DNA of 21,332 bases from Erysipelothrix rhusiopathiae (lineage in GTDB: Bacteria; Bacillota_I; Bacilli_A; Erysipelotrichales; Erysipelotrichaceae), in the NCBI GenBank assembly GCA_902772725.1, contig CACYBS010000268.1:1-21332 (forward strand). Reading direction: 5' to 3'. Below are positions 7,551 to 15,947 of this stretch, piece by piece. The notes under the pieces are model-generated. The model did no database searches. It was not told where the DNA came from and saw only the letters and a list, made by a program, of their open reading frames with translations. Numbering within the stretch: the first letter of the stretch is position 1; the number at the start of each line of letters is the position of its first letter. The translations under genes were made by a program, and so were the position numbers.

Positions 7551-9840
7551 ATGCTTTCACAAACGCAGGGTGAATTTCAAGTGCATCCAAAACATCTTTT
7601 ACTGTGGATACCGGAACAATTTCTAACTGGTCCTTAACTTCTTTGGCAACATCCTTTAGATCCGGCTTGTTGTCGATTGGTATAAATACCTTTTTAACAC
7701 CGGAGCGCTGGGCTGCCATCAGTTTTTCCGGAAGACCTCCGATTGGATTCACATTTCCCTGCAGGGATACTTCTCCTGTCATTGCGATGTGCGGATCAAC
7801 CGCAACACCGCTCACAAGAGAAGATAAAGCGGTAGTTAACGTAATACCGGCAGATGGTCCATCTTTTGGAGTGGCACCATCCGGTACATGAATATGTAAG
7901 TCATTCTTCTCAAACATATCTGCCTTTTCCGGGAAGAAGGATTTCACTAAGCTGATCGCAATCTGAGCGGATTCTTTCATCACATCACCAAGCTGACCGG
8001 TTACGGTTAATTTGCCGTTTCCTTTCGTAAACATCGTTTCAATGTAGAGAATTTCTCCGCCGACACTGGTCCATGCCAATCCTGTCACAACACCGGCCTT
8101 AGCCGTTTCCGGTACACTTTTGTGTGTGATTGGATTCATATCCATATATTCACTGAGATTGTCTTCGGTTACGTGTACGACCTCCTCTTTTTCGGATACA
8201 ATCGCAACAGCTGCCTGACGGCAAATCATATCCATTCGCTTTTTCAAGCCACGAACACCGGCTTCTCTGGTATAATCGGAAATTACTTTTTCGATTGCCT
8301 GATCATCAACTGTAAGCTGGTCTTCTTTTAACCCAACGGCACTCATTGCCTTAGGAAGCAGATGCTGTTTGGCAATCTCTTCTTTTTCGATTGGTGTATA
8401 GCCTCTGAATTGAATCAATTCCATACGATTCAACAATGGTTCCGGAATCGTATCTAATGAGTTTGCCGTACAGATAAAGAATACATCCGATAAATCAAAC
8501 GGAACATTTAAATAATGATCGGTAAAGGTATGGTTCTGTTCCGGATCCAATACCTCTAATAAAGCACTTGCCGGATCACCGTTATAAGACATGGATAATT
8601 TATCCACTTCATCTAAGACCATAACAGGATTGGATACACCGCTCTTTTGAATACCATCCATAATACGGCCTGCCATAGCACCGATATAAGTACGTCTATG
8701 TCCGCGGATATCCGCTTCATCACGAACACCACCTAAAGAAATACGGACATATTCCCTGCCAAGAGCCTTGGCGATACTTTGTCCGATACTTGTCTTACCG
8801 GTACCCGGTGCACCGACAAATAACAGGATAGAACCGGATTGCTGGCCTTTTAAATTCATTACCGCAATCTGTTCAATAATACGATTCTTTACCTTATCCA
8901 ATCCGAAATGATCGGCTTCTAAGATTTCTCTTGCTTCATCTAAATGGATATCTTTTTTCTCTTCTTTTTTCCATGGCAGAGAGGTTAGATAATCCATATA
9001 ATCCATCAACATTCCGGATTCCGCACTGTTCTGCCCTTCACTTTTTAAACGGTTCAAGATTTTCTGTGCTTCCTTTTTGGCACTTTCGTTCATCGGAAGC
9101 TCTTTCACCTTAATTTCAAGCCGTCTTAAATCAGATACATTTTCCGGATGCATCTCATCCAATTCTTTTTGAAGATATTCCATCTGTTTCTTAATCGCAG
9201 ATTCACGATAGATTTTCTGGTACTCTTCCTCCTGGGCATTCTGGGCCTGGGACTGTACCTGGATCATTTCCATGTTTTCATAAATAATCTTTTCCGTTTT
9301 ATTGAAACGCTCCTGCAGCGAATCTTCTGCCAGCAGCGCATATTTTTCCTCATTGGAATTGATCATCCACGGAGACATCGCAGAAGCGATATCCGCAATC
9401 GAAATCCAGCGGTTCACATAGGCACGGATTGCCTGTCCCCATTGATTCTTTTCAGCGATACGAAGGATATCTCCCTTTAATCTTGCCAGACGGTTTCTGG
9501 CATCTTCCTTATCTAAATCATCGATTTCGATACGAGTAGAAGTAGATAATTCAATCTTTCCTCCCGGATAAATATATACATCATCGATGTTGACGCGTTT
9601 CCTTGTTCGAATCATGATATATCCGTTTTCATTGACTTCTTCAATGGTTCCGGTCAGTCCGATTGGATAGAAGCTGTCGGAATGGAATCCTTTTCGTCCG
9701 ATTTCCTTCTTGGAAATGATCAAGGTAACCTTCTCATCCAAATAAGGCGATTTCCCTGTCAGTTTTGTATAGGAATCGGTCTTCATATATAAATTCGATT
9801 CCGGTAATGTGATTGCGTTGTATATTGGTAAAACTGCCAT
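7549..9840 (-). CDS. lon: ATP-dependent Lon protease (LonA, endopeptidase La)
   Basis: LON N-terminal domain (MAVLPIYNAITLPES...). Walker A GAPGTGKTS. Catalytic serine motif PKDGPSAGIT with the downstream Lys-containing region. 763 aa. RBS aaggagggg upstream of ATG 9840. Confidence 0.95.
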   Translation of the reverse strand: MAVLPIYNAITLPESNLYMKTDSYTKLTGKSPYLDEKVTLIISKKEIGRKGFHSDSFYPIGLTGTIEEVNENGYIMIRTRKRVNIDDVYIYPGGKIELSTSTRIEIDDLDKEDARNRLARLKGDILRIAEKNQWGQAIRAYVNRWISIADIASAMSPWMINSNEEKYALLAEDSLQERFNKTEKIIYENMEMIQVQSQAQNAQEEEYQKIYRESAIKKQMEYLQKELDEMHPENVSDLRRLEIKVKELPMNESAKKEAQKILNRLKSEGQNSAESGMLMDYMDYLTSLPWKKEEKKDIHLDEAREILEADHFGLDKVKNRIIEQIAVMNLKGQQSGSILLFVGAPGTGKTSIGQSIAKALGREYVRISLGGVRDEADIRGHRRTYIGAMAGRIMDGIQKSGVSNPVMVLDEVDKLSMSYNGDPASALLEVLDPEQNHTFTDHYLNVPFDLSDVFFICTANSLDTIPEPLLNRMELIQFRGYTPIEKEEIAKQHLLPKAMSAVGLKEDQLTVDDQAIEKVISDYTREAGVRGLKKRMDMICRQAAVAIVSEKEEVVHVTEDNLSEYMDMNPITHKSVPETAKAGVVTGLAWTSVGGEILYIETMFTKGNGKLTVTGQLGDVMKESAQIAISLVKSFFPEKADMFEKNDLHIHVPDGATPKDGPSAGITLTTALSSLVSGVAVDPHIAMTGEVSLQGNVNPIGGLPEKLMAAQRSGVKKVFIPIDNKPDLKDVAKEVKDQLEIVPVSTVKDVLDALEIHPAFVKA

Positions 9841-9852
9841 TCTGCCCCTCCT

Positions 9853-9879
9853 TTGTCACTCTTTTTTAAAGAGTGCTAA
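9853..9879. promoter_or_regulatory. CIRCE-like inverted repeat (HrcA operator) in the lon 5' leader
   Basis: TTGTCACTC-ttttttaaa-GAGTGCTAA versus consensus TTAGCACTC-N9-GAGTGCTAA. The right half matches 9/9, the left half 7/9, with a 9-nt spacer. It sits between the lon RBS and the upstream region. Confidence 0.6.
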
Positions 9880-9895
9880 TTTCTTGGTAAAAATT

Positions 9896-9923
9896 TTGAC
9901 AAATGTCGTTGGACACTTGTCAA
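9896..9923. promoter_or_regulatory. 28-bp near-perfect palindrome, candidate TetR-family operator, in the lon/tetR divergent intergenic region
   Basis: TTGACAAATGTCGTTGGACACTTGTCAA. The arms TTGACAAATGTC and GACACTTGTCAA are reverse complements except for the central 4 nt. The core TTGTCAAGTTTA recurs at 9961-9972 inside the tetR promoter spacer. Confidence 0.55.
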
Positions 9924-9953
9924 GTTTACTGTAAAAATAAGATACATCCATCC

Positions 9954-9982
9954 TTTACAATTGTCAAGTTTAATTCTATAAT
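9954..9982 (+). promoter_or_regulatory. sigma-A-type promoter of the TetR-family gene with an operator-like repeat in the spacer
   Basis: -35 TTTACA (9954-9959), 17-nt spacer containing ACAATTGTCAAGTTTA, -10 TATAAT (9977-9982). GGTGA RBS before ATG 10013. Confidence 0.55.
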
Positions 9983-10012
9983 TTTTTTACATATAAAGGA
10001 TCAGGTGAAATT

Positions 10013-10543
10013 ATGTATTGCGGTACCAATAAAACAGCTCTCACATCACAAGAACAAATTGCGGATGCTCTCCTTCGGCTGATGTCCGAAAAACCATTTG
10101 TCGAGATCAGCGTCAGCGAATTATGTAAAGAAGCCGGTATTTCCCGGCAAACCTTCTATACATTATTCAGCTACAGAGAAAACGTAGTTCTTTTTACGCT
10201 CTCTGAACGGCATTGCTGCAAAGCACCGGCATTTCACAAAGAGCCTTCCTATCTTCGACAATTCTCAGAAAACTATGCCGATTATATTTATGAAAACCGC
10301 GATTTTCTTGCCCTATTAGTGCAGAACAATATCACCTATCTTTTTTATAACAGCGTCTATGATTCTTTAACGAACTGCGATTGTTTTATATCTGCTGCTT
10401 CCGAGAAGGAAAAAGTATATAAGGCTAATTTCATTGCGGGAGCATTAACCGGGATTGTAAAAAGCTTTGTCGGCTATCCGGGGACATCTAAACAATCATT
10501 AACGGAAATCATGTATCACTTATTTAACAACAGTATTTTTTAG
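10013..10543 (+). CDS. TetR/AcrR-family transcriptional regulator
   Basis: N-terminal HTH (ISVSELCKEAGISRQTFYTLF) characteristic of TetR_N. 176 aa. Divergent from lon. Confidence 0.9.
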   Translation: MYCGTNKTALTSQEQIADALLRLMSEKPFVEISVSELCKEAGISRQTFYTLFSYRENVVLFTLSERHCCKAPAFHKEPSYLRQFSENYADYIYENRDFLALLVQNNITYLFYNSVYDSLTNCDCFISAASEKEKVYKANFIAGALTGIVKSFVGYPGTSKQSLTEIMYHLFNNSIF

Positions 10544-10546
10544 TAT

Positions 10547-11128
10547 TTATTGATAAGCAGCTCTTGGTCCGCCGATGTATTTTAAGCGGGTTCTTGCACA
10601 TACCACATGCGCGTTTCCAATCGATTTTAATGAAACACGAACCGGTACTGCCACATCCTTTAAGTGCATGCCTATCAATGTGTCTCCGATATCAATTCCT
10701 AAATCCGCTTTGATATGTTCAACCGCAACGGCTTGATCAAAGCCGTTAAATGCAGCAGTTGCGAATGATCCCCCGGCCTTAAGCTGAGGTTTGACATTGA
10801 CCATTTCCAGGTCTTTTTCTTTTGCGCATTTTTTCTCCACGATAATAGCCCGGTTTAAGTGTTCACAGCACTGGCATGCCAGATACAGTCCTTTTTCTTT
10901 GCAGGCATTATTTAAAGTTTCAAATAACGCTTTCCCGATTTCTTCGCTGGAGAAGGTTCCGATTTTATGCGCTGCCACTTCACTGGAAGAACAGCCAACT
11001 ACAAGTATATCTCCTGCTTCCGGATGTGCGGCTTCAACCAGCTCATCAAATATCGTTCTTGCGGATATGCAGATTTGATCTAAATTTTCATATTTTGTAT
11101 CAGAAATTCCTGTACCCATATATATCAT
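10547..11128 (-). CDS. UPF0340/TIGR01440 family protein (B. subtilis YwlG-like)
   Basis: Motifs match the UPF0340 family pattern: VVGCSSSEV..KIGT, CQCCEHLNRAI, KAGGSFATAAF, IGMHLKDVAVPVR. AGGAGA RBS upstream of ATG 11128. Convergent with the TetR gene with a 3-nt gap. Confidence 0.75.
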   Translation of the reverse strand: MIYMGTGISDTKYENLDQICISARTIFDELVEAAHPEAGDILVVGCSSSEVAAHKIGTFSSEEIGKALFETLNNACKEKGLYLACQCCEHLNRAIIVEKKCAKEKDLEMVNVKPQLKAGGSFATAAFNGFDQAVAVEHIKADLGIDIGDTLIGMHLKDVAVPVRVSLKSIGNAHVVCARTRLKYIGGPRAAYQ

Positions 11129-11149
11129 CTCCTAATAAATATTATAACG

Positions 11150-11172
11150 AAAAAACCGAGCTTTCGCTCGGT
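11150..11172 (-). terminator. rho-independent terminator of the cell-wall-binding lysozyme-like gene
   Basis: The minus strand reads accgagc-gaaa-gctcggt followed by ttttt, immediately after the stop at 11174. Confidence 0.7.
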
Positions 11173-11173
11173 A

Positions 11174-12208
11174 TTAGCCATTTGGAAATACGGTTTTTAA
11201 ATAATCATACCAATATTGCGCAAAGGTTGCCCTTTCCCAATAGCTGAAGTAATAAGGGCGTTCATAGTTTGCCATGAATACATGAGCTAATTCCTGCGGA
11301 TCTCCGGCATTCTGAGAATATTCCCTAAATGTCATGGAGTAATCCGATGTAAACCATTGAATCTCATTTTCCATCTCATATTGAATGCGGGCACATTGTC
11401 CGCGGCCATCTTCCAACATATAGTTTTCATCGATGCACCATTGTTCCAGCTTGCTGATAGGAGTCCACTGTACCAGGCCATAGGCAATACCATCGGTACT
11501 TGTCGGATTGATCATAGATTCCATCTGCATGTTTCCAAGCATACCGGCAACAGCTTCCATCGTCCATCCCTTAGACTTGAAATACATCCATACCATAATG
11601 GCATTGTTTGCCATGCGGGCGTCCTGGTCTTGGGCATCTTCCGGATAGCGGATCCAATCTAGAGGATGACCGGTCTCAGGATCAATATAGATCCACTCAT
11701 CATCTACCAGCAATTCCCCAAAGGCTTGTATTCCGTCGTCATTGAAGTAAAATACTTCATCGCTTCCGCTGTCTGTATCTTCTCCGGGAATGACGGTTTT
11801 TCCAACTGCCATAGCTCCGGTTTCATGATTGAAATAACGCCTGCCGTCATCGAAATCTATCCAGCCGGACATGCGTTTCCCATCATCCCCAAAGTAGCAG
11901 GTTTTCGCTCCCTGTGGTTCATATTTTTTCGGGATTTCGACTAAGCCGGTAGCCATAGCACCGGTTTCCCCATCGAAATAATACCATTCTCCGTCAATAT
12001 TTGCCTGTCCGTGTGTCAAATGTCCGTTTGCGTAATAGACAGTAATGGTTCCGTCTTTGGTCGGAAGTTCTGTCCAACCCGAAGCCATCTTCCAAAGAAA
12101 CAGTTCTCCGGGCATGATTTGATTGTTCTCCGAGGCCATAACAGTAGTAGAGCCTGTAAGAACTGCCATGCACAAACAAACGACGACACTCAGCCATCGT
12201 ATTTTCAT
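11174..12208 (-). CDS. secreted cell-wall-binding-repeat protein with C-terminal lysozyme-like domain (phage-tail-lysozyme type); putative peptidoglycan hydrolase
   Basis: Signal peptide. Three or four choline-binding-type repeats (DGEWYYFDGETGAMATG, GWIDFDDGRRYFNHETGAMAVG, DEWIYIDPETGHP). The C-terminal MLGNMQMESMINP ... YGLVQWT pattern resembles the GNxxxES/GLxQW signature of tail-associated lysozyme domains. RBS aggaga upstream of ATG 12208. Confidence 0.55.
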   Translation of the reverse strand: MKIRWLSVVVCLCMAVLTGSTTVMASENNQIMPGELFLWKMASGWTELPTKDGTITVYYANGHLTHGQANIDGEWYYFDGETGAMATGLVEIPKKYEPQGAKTCYFGDDGKRMSGWIDFDDGRRYFNHETGAMAVGKTVIPGEDTDSGSDEVFYFNDDGIQAFGELLVDDEWIYIDPETGHPLDWIRYPEDAQDQDARMANNAIMVWMYFKSKGWTMEAVAGMLGNMQMESMINPTSTDGIAYGLVQWTPISKLEQWCIDENYMLEDGRGQCARIQYEMENEIQWFTSDYSMTFREYSQNAGDPQELAHVFMANYERPYYFSYWERATFAQYWYDYLKTVFPNG

Positions 12209-12332
12209 ATTCGTTCTCCTGCAATATATCTATGATATGAATCCCCTTATTTAGCATTTCCGAAAAAAAAGTAATCTCGGAACATACTACCCCAAGATTA
12301 CTTTAAAATAACTTAAGCACTTTGTCAAATCC

Positions 12333-13529
12333 TTAGAATTTTCCGGACCGGCCGCCATGGATTCTTCCCGAAGAACTCGTATGGAAGGTGTGTCCGCCGC
12401 CACCGCCTCTGGATGGTCCATCATCTGTGTGAATCGGAATTCGACTCATCGTACTGTTTATGTAATTGTTGGTTTTACGTCTTAGACGTAAAGACTGCCT
12501 ATTGTAGTAATTATTGGCTTCATACTGCAGAGCAACTGTTTTCAGCTTTGACTTTCTGGAGCTGCCAATAACCCCGGATATACTAAATCCGATTAACAGA
12601 CAGACAGGTATCCAAATCGGAGAAACCGAAGGCGGAGTTGGATTTCTTTCTTCATCCAATCTGGCATCGGTCATATTGGCATAAGCCTTAAATGCGCCAT
12701 AATAATCGCCGTTACTCAATTTGGAAACAAACGCGTCTTCGATATAATCAAGTGACCTGTCAGACAATAAATCTCTGGCATCACCATGAGTAGTCAAAGC
12801 GTAGTCTCTTGTCGGCAGGCATACCACCAGCATAATTCCGCTGTCTGTGGAGCCGTAACCATAGCCGTTGTAGTCGTAATAATCGTCCGCAAAATCCTGA
12901 GCGTTTTGGCCATTTAGAGAATTAACCGTAACAACCGCAATATCCGACTGCTGTTTTTCGGATAAATCCTCCAGCAGTGAGAGCAGATCGCTTTCTTCAC
13001 CGCTCGTTAATAGATCTCCGTCATCCACCAGCAAAGGCTTCTGTCTGGTTTCCGGAATCGCCGGTGTTGGAGCCTGCCCGGTGCTGAACAATTGAGCGGC
13101 CGCATCCATATAATCGGAAATCGCCTCATCATAATATTGATTATCGGAAAAAATTCTCCACAGGCGGTTTTCCGTTGCGCTGTCGACATAATCCGCTGCC
13201 TTGCCGGAACAATAAATCCACCATAATTTATCATCCATCCCCAGCATAATACCATCGGCATCGCCATAGTATTCGCTGTACTTGGCTTTTACATAATCAA
13301 TCAAGCCAACGCTCTCATCGTGAGAAGCTAACAGACAGCTGACTACCATACCGGTATCTTCATAAATCTGCTGGCCTTTAGTGTTTAAAGGGGTCAGATA
13401 GGTTTCTGAAATCACATTGACTTCATCAATGACATAGACCTGATCCGAATCCGCTTTAACAGGTTGAAAAGAAAATAAAGTTAGTAAAACAACTGCTAAG
13501 GCGCTTATCCATTTTTTCATTATAAGCAC
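12333..13529 (-). CDS. TPM-domain protein (two TPM/TLP18.3-like domains, TM helix, Gly-rich C-tail); YdjH-like
   Basis: Signal peptide. Clear TPM signature in the second domain (VVTVNSLNGQNAQDFADDYYDY...GIMLVVCLPTRDYALTTHGDARDLLSD...SNGDYYGAFKAY). A weaker first copy. TM helix IWIPVCLLIGFSISGVIG. C-terminal GGGGGHTFHTSSSGRIHGGRSG tail typical of this family. Starts 3 nt after the upstream gene's stop. Confidence 0.75.
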   Translation of the reverse strand: MLIMKKWISALAVVLLTLFSFQPVKADSDQVYVIDEVNVISETYLTPLNTKGQQIYEDTGMVVSCLLASHDESVGLIDYVKAKYSEYYGDADGIMLGMDDKLWWIYCSGKAADYVDSATENRLWRIFSDNQYYDEAISDYMDAAAQLFSTGQAPTPAIPETRQKPLLVDDGDLLTSGEESDLLSLLEDLSEKQQSDIAVVTVNSLNGQNAQDFADDYYDYNGYGYGSTDSGIMLVVCLPTRDYALTTHGDARDLLSDRSLDYIEDAFVSKLSNGDYYGAFKAYANMTDARLDEERNPTPPSVSPIWIPVCLLIGFSISGVIGSSRKSKLKTVALQYEANNYYNRQSLRLRRKTNNYINSTMSRIPIHTDDGPSRGGGGGHTFHTSSSGRIHGGRSGKF

Positions 13530-13532
13530 CCC

Positions 13533-14603
13533 CTATATCAACAATATAGCCCACAGCAGGGCATAAATTCCTACCGCAATCACTATTCCCCAGAGAACCA
13601 CAAATTTCCAATATGCCCTGTTATCGGCAGGAAGGTTTCCTACAAATTTTCCTGTCTGTCCATTCATCGCAAAATGGAAATGCTGGTCATTCCAGGTCGT
13701 GTTGAGCAGCCATACCGGATATAACACATAGCGATAGCTGGTGTTATTCAAATTCACTCTGCTGCTTTGAACAACTACGGCACCGAAACCGGAAGTAGAA
13801 TCCCTGAATATGGATTCCGTACTGGTTTTCACACGCTGGCGGATCCTTTCCATGCTTTCGTTAATCTGCTCATCATATCGATTCGCAAAATATCCTGCAA
13901 GATATGCTGTTTGGAAAGACACTGCCTCCGACATATCAAAAGGTTCGATGGATTCCATCATCGCATCATCAATCTCTTTTGATGCATCTTTAGGAACATT
14001 GGAAAAGGATACCGAACCTTCTCTATCCAATACATAATGTTTGGTTTCCGTATATCGATATCTTGCATCACTCCATGACCTTGTAGTCGTAGCCGCATAT
14101 TGAATGTCTGCATCTACATCTGCATCAACAAGCCAAAACGGTACATAGATACCTTTAATTTCATCAATATGGTTCTCATCCTTAAAAATACCAGGCAAAA
14201 AAGGTTTTCCCTGCAGATGCTGCATATATTTCTGCTTTGCCTGATCCTTATTCAATTTGAAAGGAATCACATAGTCCGGCTTTAAATCACCGGTAAACTG
14301 TCCCTTCATTACAACCGGGTTGCCGCAGAAAGGACAGGATGATGCTCCCAGGGATTCATGAGCTACGATTTCACCGCCGCACGAGTTACAAACGTATAAG
14401 CGGAGGTGTTTGGTTTCTTCATCATCCCATGTACGAGATTCCTCCGGCGGTGCCGGAGGAATGTCTGGTTCTTGATTTAATTTCTGGTACTCATCGATGC
14501 TGATTACGGTATCACAATAAGGACATTTTAACTGCTGTAAACTGGGGTCAAACTCCATCGAGCCGCCGCAATTTGGGCATTTAAATTCCTGTAAATCAGC
14601 CAT
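13533..14603 (-). CDS. zinc-ribbon membrane protein (two N-terminal CxxC...CxxC ribbons, C-terminal TM anchor); YdjG-like
   Basis: FKCPNCGG...KCPYCD and YVCNSCGG...CPFCGN ribbons. C-terminal hydrophobic helix (FVVLWGIVIAVGIYALLWAILLI). Tightly packed between the SPFH-like and TPM genes. Confidence 0.6.
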   Translation of the reverse strand: MADLQEFKCPNCGGSMEFDPSLQQLKCPYCDTVISIDEYQKLNQEPDIPPAPPEESRTWDDEETKHLRLYVCNSCGGEIVAHESLGASSCPFCGNPVVMKGQFTGDLKPDYVIPFKLNKDQAKQKYMQHLQGKPFLPGIFKDENHIDEIKGIYVPFWLVDADVDADIQYAATTTRSWSDARYRYTETKHYVLDREGSVSFSNVPKDASKEIDDAMMESIEPFDMSEAVSFQTAYLAGYFANRYDEQINESMERIRQRVKTSTESIFRDSTSGFGAVVVQSSRVNLNNTSYRYVLYPVWLLNTTWNDQHFHFAMNGQTGKFVGNLPADNRAYWKFVVLWGIVIAVGIYALLWAILLI

Positions 14604-14613
14604 ATTTCACCTT

Positions 14614-15933
14614 TTATCGGCGATCCTTTTCGTCAAATGGGTCTCCGCATTCCGGACAGAATTTCGGAGGGTTAAACGGATCTTCCGGTTCCCATCCACA
14701 CTTGTCGCATACATATTTCGGTGCGCTTGCAGGTTTTGGTTTTCCGCATTCAGAGCAGAACTTACCTTTGTTCACAGTACCGCACTCACATGTCCATCCA
14801 TCTGCATCTGCCGGTTTCGGTTTTCCGCATTCAGCACAGAATTTACCGGTATTCACAGTGCCGCATTCGCAAGTCCATGTCGGCTTGTCATTTACCTTCA
14901 TAGTTGCCTGGGTAGTGTCTTCTTTTTTATTTCCCATTGCGTATAAGCCCTGGATGTCAACGTCGCCGCCCTGTGCGCCTGCCATATTCATTCCCATGAA
15001 ACCGGTCATAGCGCCTGCTGAGTTGTTGGCTGCATCTCTCATTGCGTCTGCCTTTGCGTTCAACATTGTAGCTGCTGCCATTGTCGGGTCTTTAAGCATA
15101 GCTGCACGCTGTGCATCGGCAATCATCTTCTGGTAGTCTTCCGGCAATGTGATTGGATTCATTGCGATAGAAACAATCGAAATACCGCGAAGCTCAGACC
15201 ACTTCTTTGTCAAAACGGAGTTCATTGCCTCGCATAAATCATCTGTATGTGCCGGAATTTCATTCGGCCGCATTTTCTTTGCAGATAATTGTGCGAAAGC
15301 AGGCTGTAATGCGCTGATAAATTCTGTCTTTAACTGCTGATCGATTTCAGAGCGGGTATAGCTGCCTGCAACATTTCCGCATACATTTGTATAGAATAAG
15401 ATTGGGTCGGTAATCTTATAAGAATACATACCGTTGCAGCGAACGCTAGCATCTAAATCTAAGTTGATACGGTCATCTACGATACGGAACATAATAGGGT
15501 TCGCGGTTCCGAATTTGTTGTCGGTAATTTCTTTTGTGTTGAAATAATAAATTCTCTGATCCTTTGGAGCTTCACCGCCGTAAGTGAAACGTTTTCCGAT
15601 CTGTTTGAAGGTTTCCATAATACCATCTCCCAGATTTCCGCAGAAAATGCTCGGTTCTGTAGATGAATCATATGTGTATTCGCCCGGCTCAGCACATACT
15701 TCAACTACTTTTCCCTGTTCAACAATAATCATACATTGACCATCGGCAACCGCAATTCCTGAGCCTTTTGTGATGATATTGTCGCTGCCTCTGTTCGATG
15801 AATGCGAGGATACTCGTTTTTTACCTTTTACTACCAATACGTCTTTGTCTAAAGCATCACAGTAGAAAAACTCTTTCCATTGATCAGATAGCACACCGCT
15901 TGCTGATCCAATAGCTGCTTGTAATAATCCCAT
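14614..15933 (-). CDS. SPFH/Band-7-like (YdjI-type) protein with three C-terminal Cys4 zinc ribbons
   Basis: N-terminal MGLLQAAIGSASGVLSDQWKEFF. Central domain followed by an Ala/Met-rich coiled-coil-like segment (ADAQRAAMLKDPTMAAATMLNAKADAMRDAANN) as in SPFH proteins. C-terminal ribbons WTCECGTVNTGKFCAECGKPKP, WTCECGTVNKGKFCSECGKPKP and YVCDKCGW..FCPECGDPF. RBS aaggaga upstream of ATG 15933. Family assignment is from recall, not a search. Confidence 0.5.
   Translation of the reverse strand: MGLLQAAIGSASGVLSDQWKEFFYCDALDKDVLVVKGKKRVSSHSSNRGSDNIITKGSGIAVADGQCMIIVEQGKVVEVCAEPGEYTYDSSTEPSIFCGNLGDGIMETFKQIGKRFTYGGEAPKDQRIYYFNTKEITDNKFGTANPIMFRIVDDRINLDLDASVRCNGMYSYKITDPILFYTNVCGNVAGSYTRSEIDQQLKTEFISALQPAFAQLSAKKMRPNEIPAHTDDLCEAMNSVLTKKWSELRGISIVSIAMNPITLPEDYQKMIADAQRAAMLKDPTMAAATMLNAKADAMRDAANNSAGAMTGFMGMNMAGAQGGDVDIQGLYAMGNKKEDTTQATMKVNDKPTWTCECGTVNTGKFCAECGKPKPADADGWTCECGTVNKGKFCSECGKPKPASAPKYVCDKCGWEPEDPFNPPKFCPECGDPFDEKDRR
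14732..14893 (-). repeat. 81-nt tandem duplication (2 units, about 83% identical) encoding two of the three zinc ribbons
   Basis: ggttttggttttccgcattcagagcagaacttacc... at 14732 and ggtttcggttttccgcattcagcacagaatttacc... at 14813. Period 81 nt equals 27 aa. Confidence 0.85.
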
Positions 15934-15947
15934 AATTATGATCTCCT

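Noticed and set aside
9896-9972. TTGTCAA / GTCAAA heptads resembling CtsR boxes upstream of lon.
   Set aside because: CtsR operators are tandem heptads separated by 3 nt. Here the copies are 14 and 44 nt apart and instead form an inverted repeat, which is more consistent with a TetR-type palindrome. The adjacent CIRCE already explains heat-shock control.
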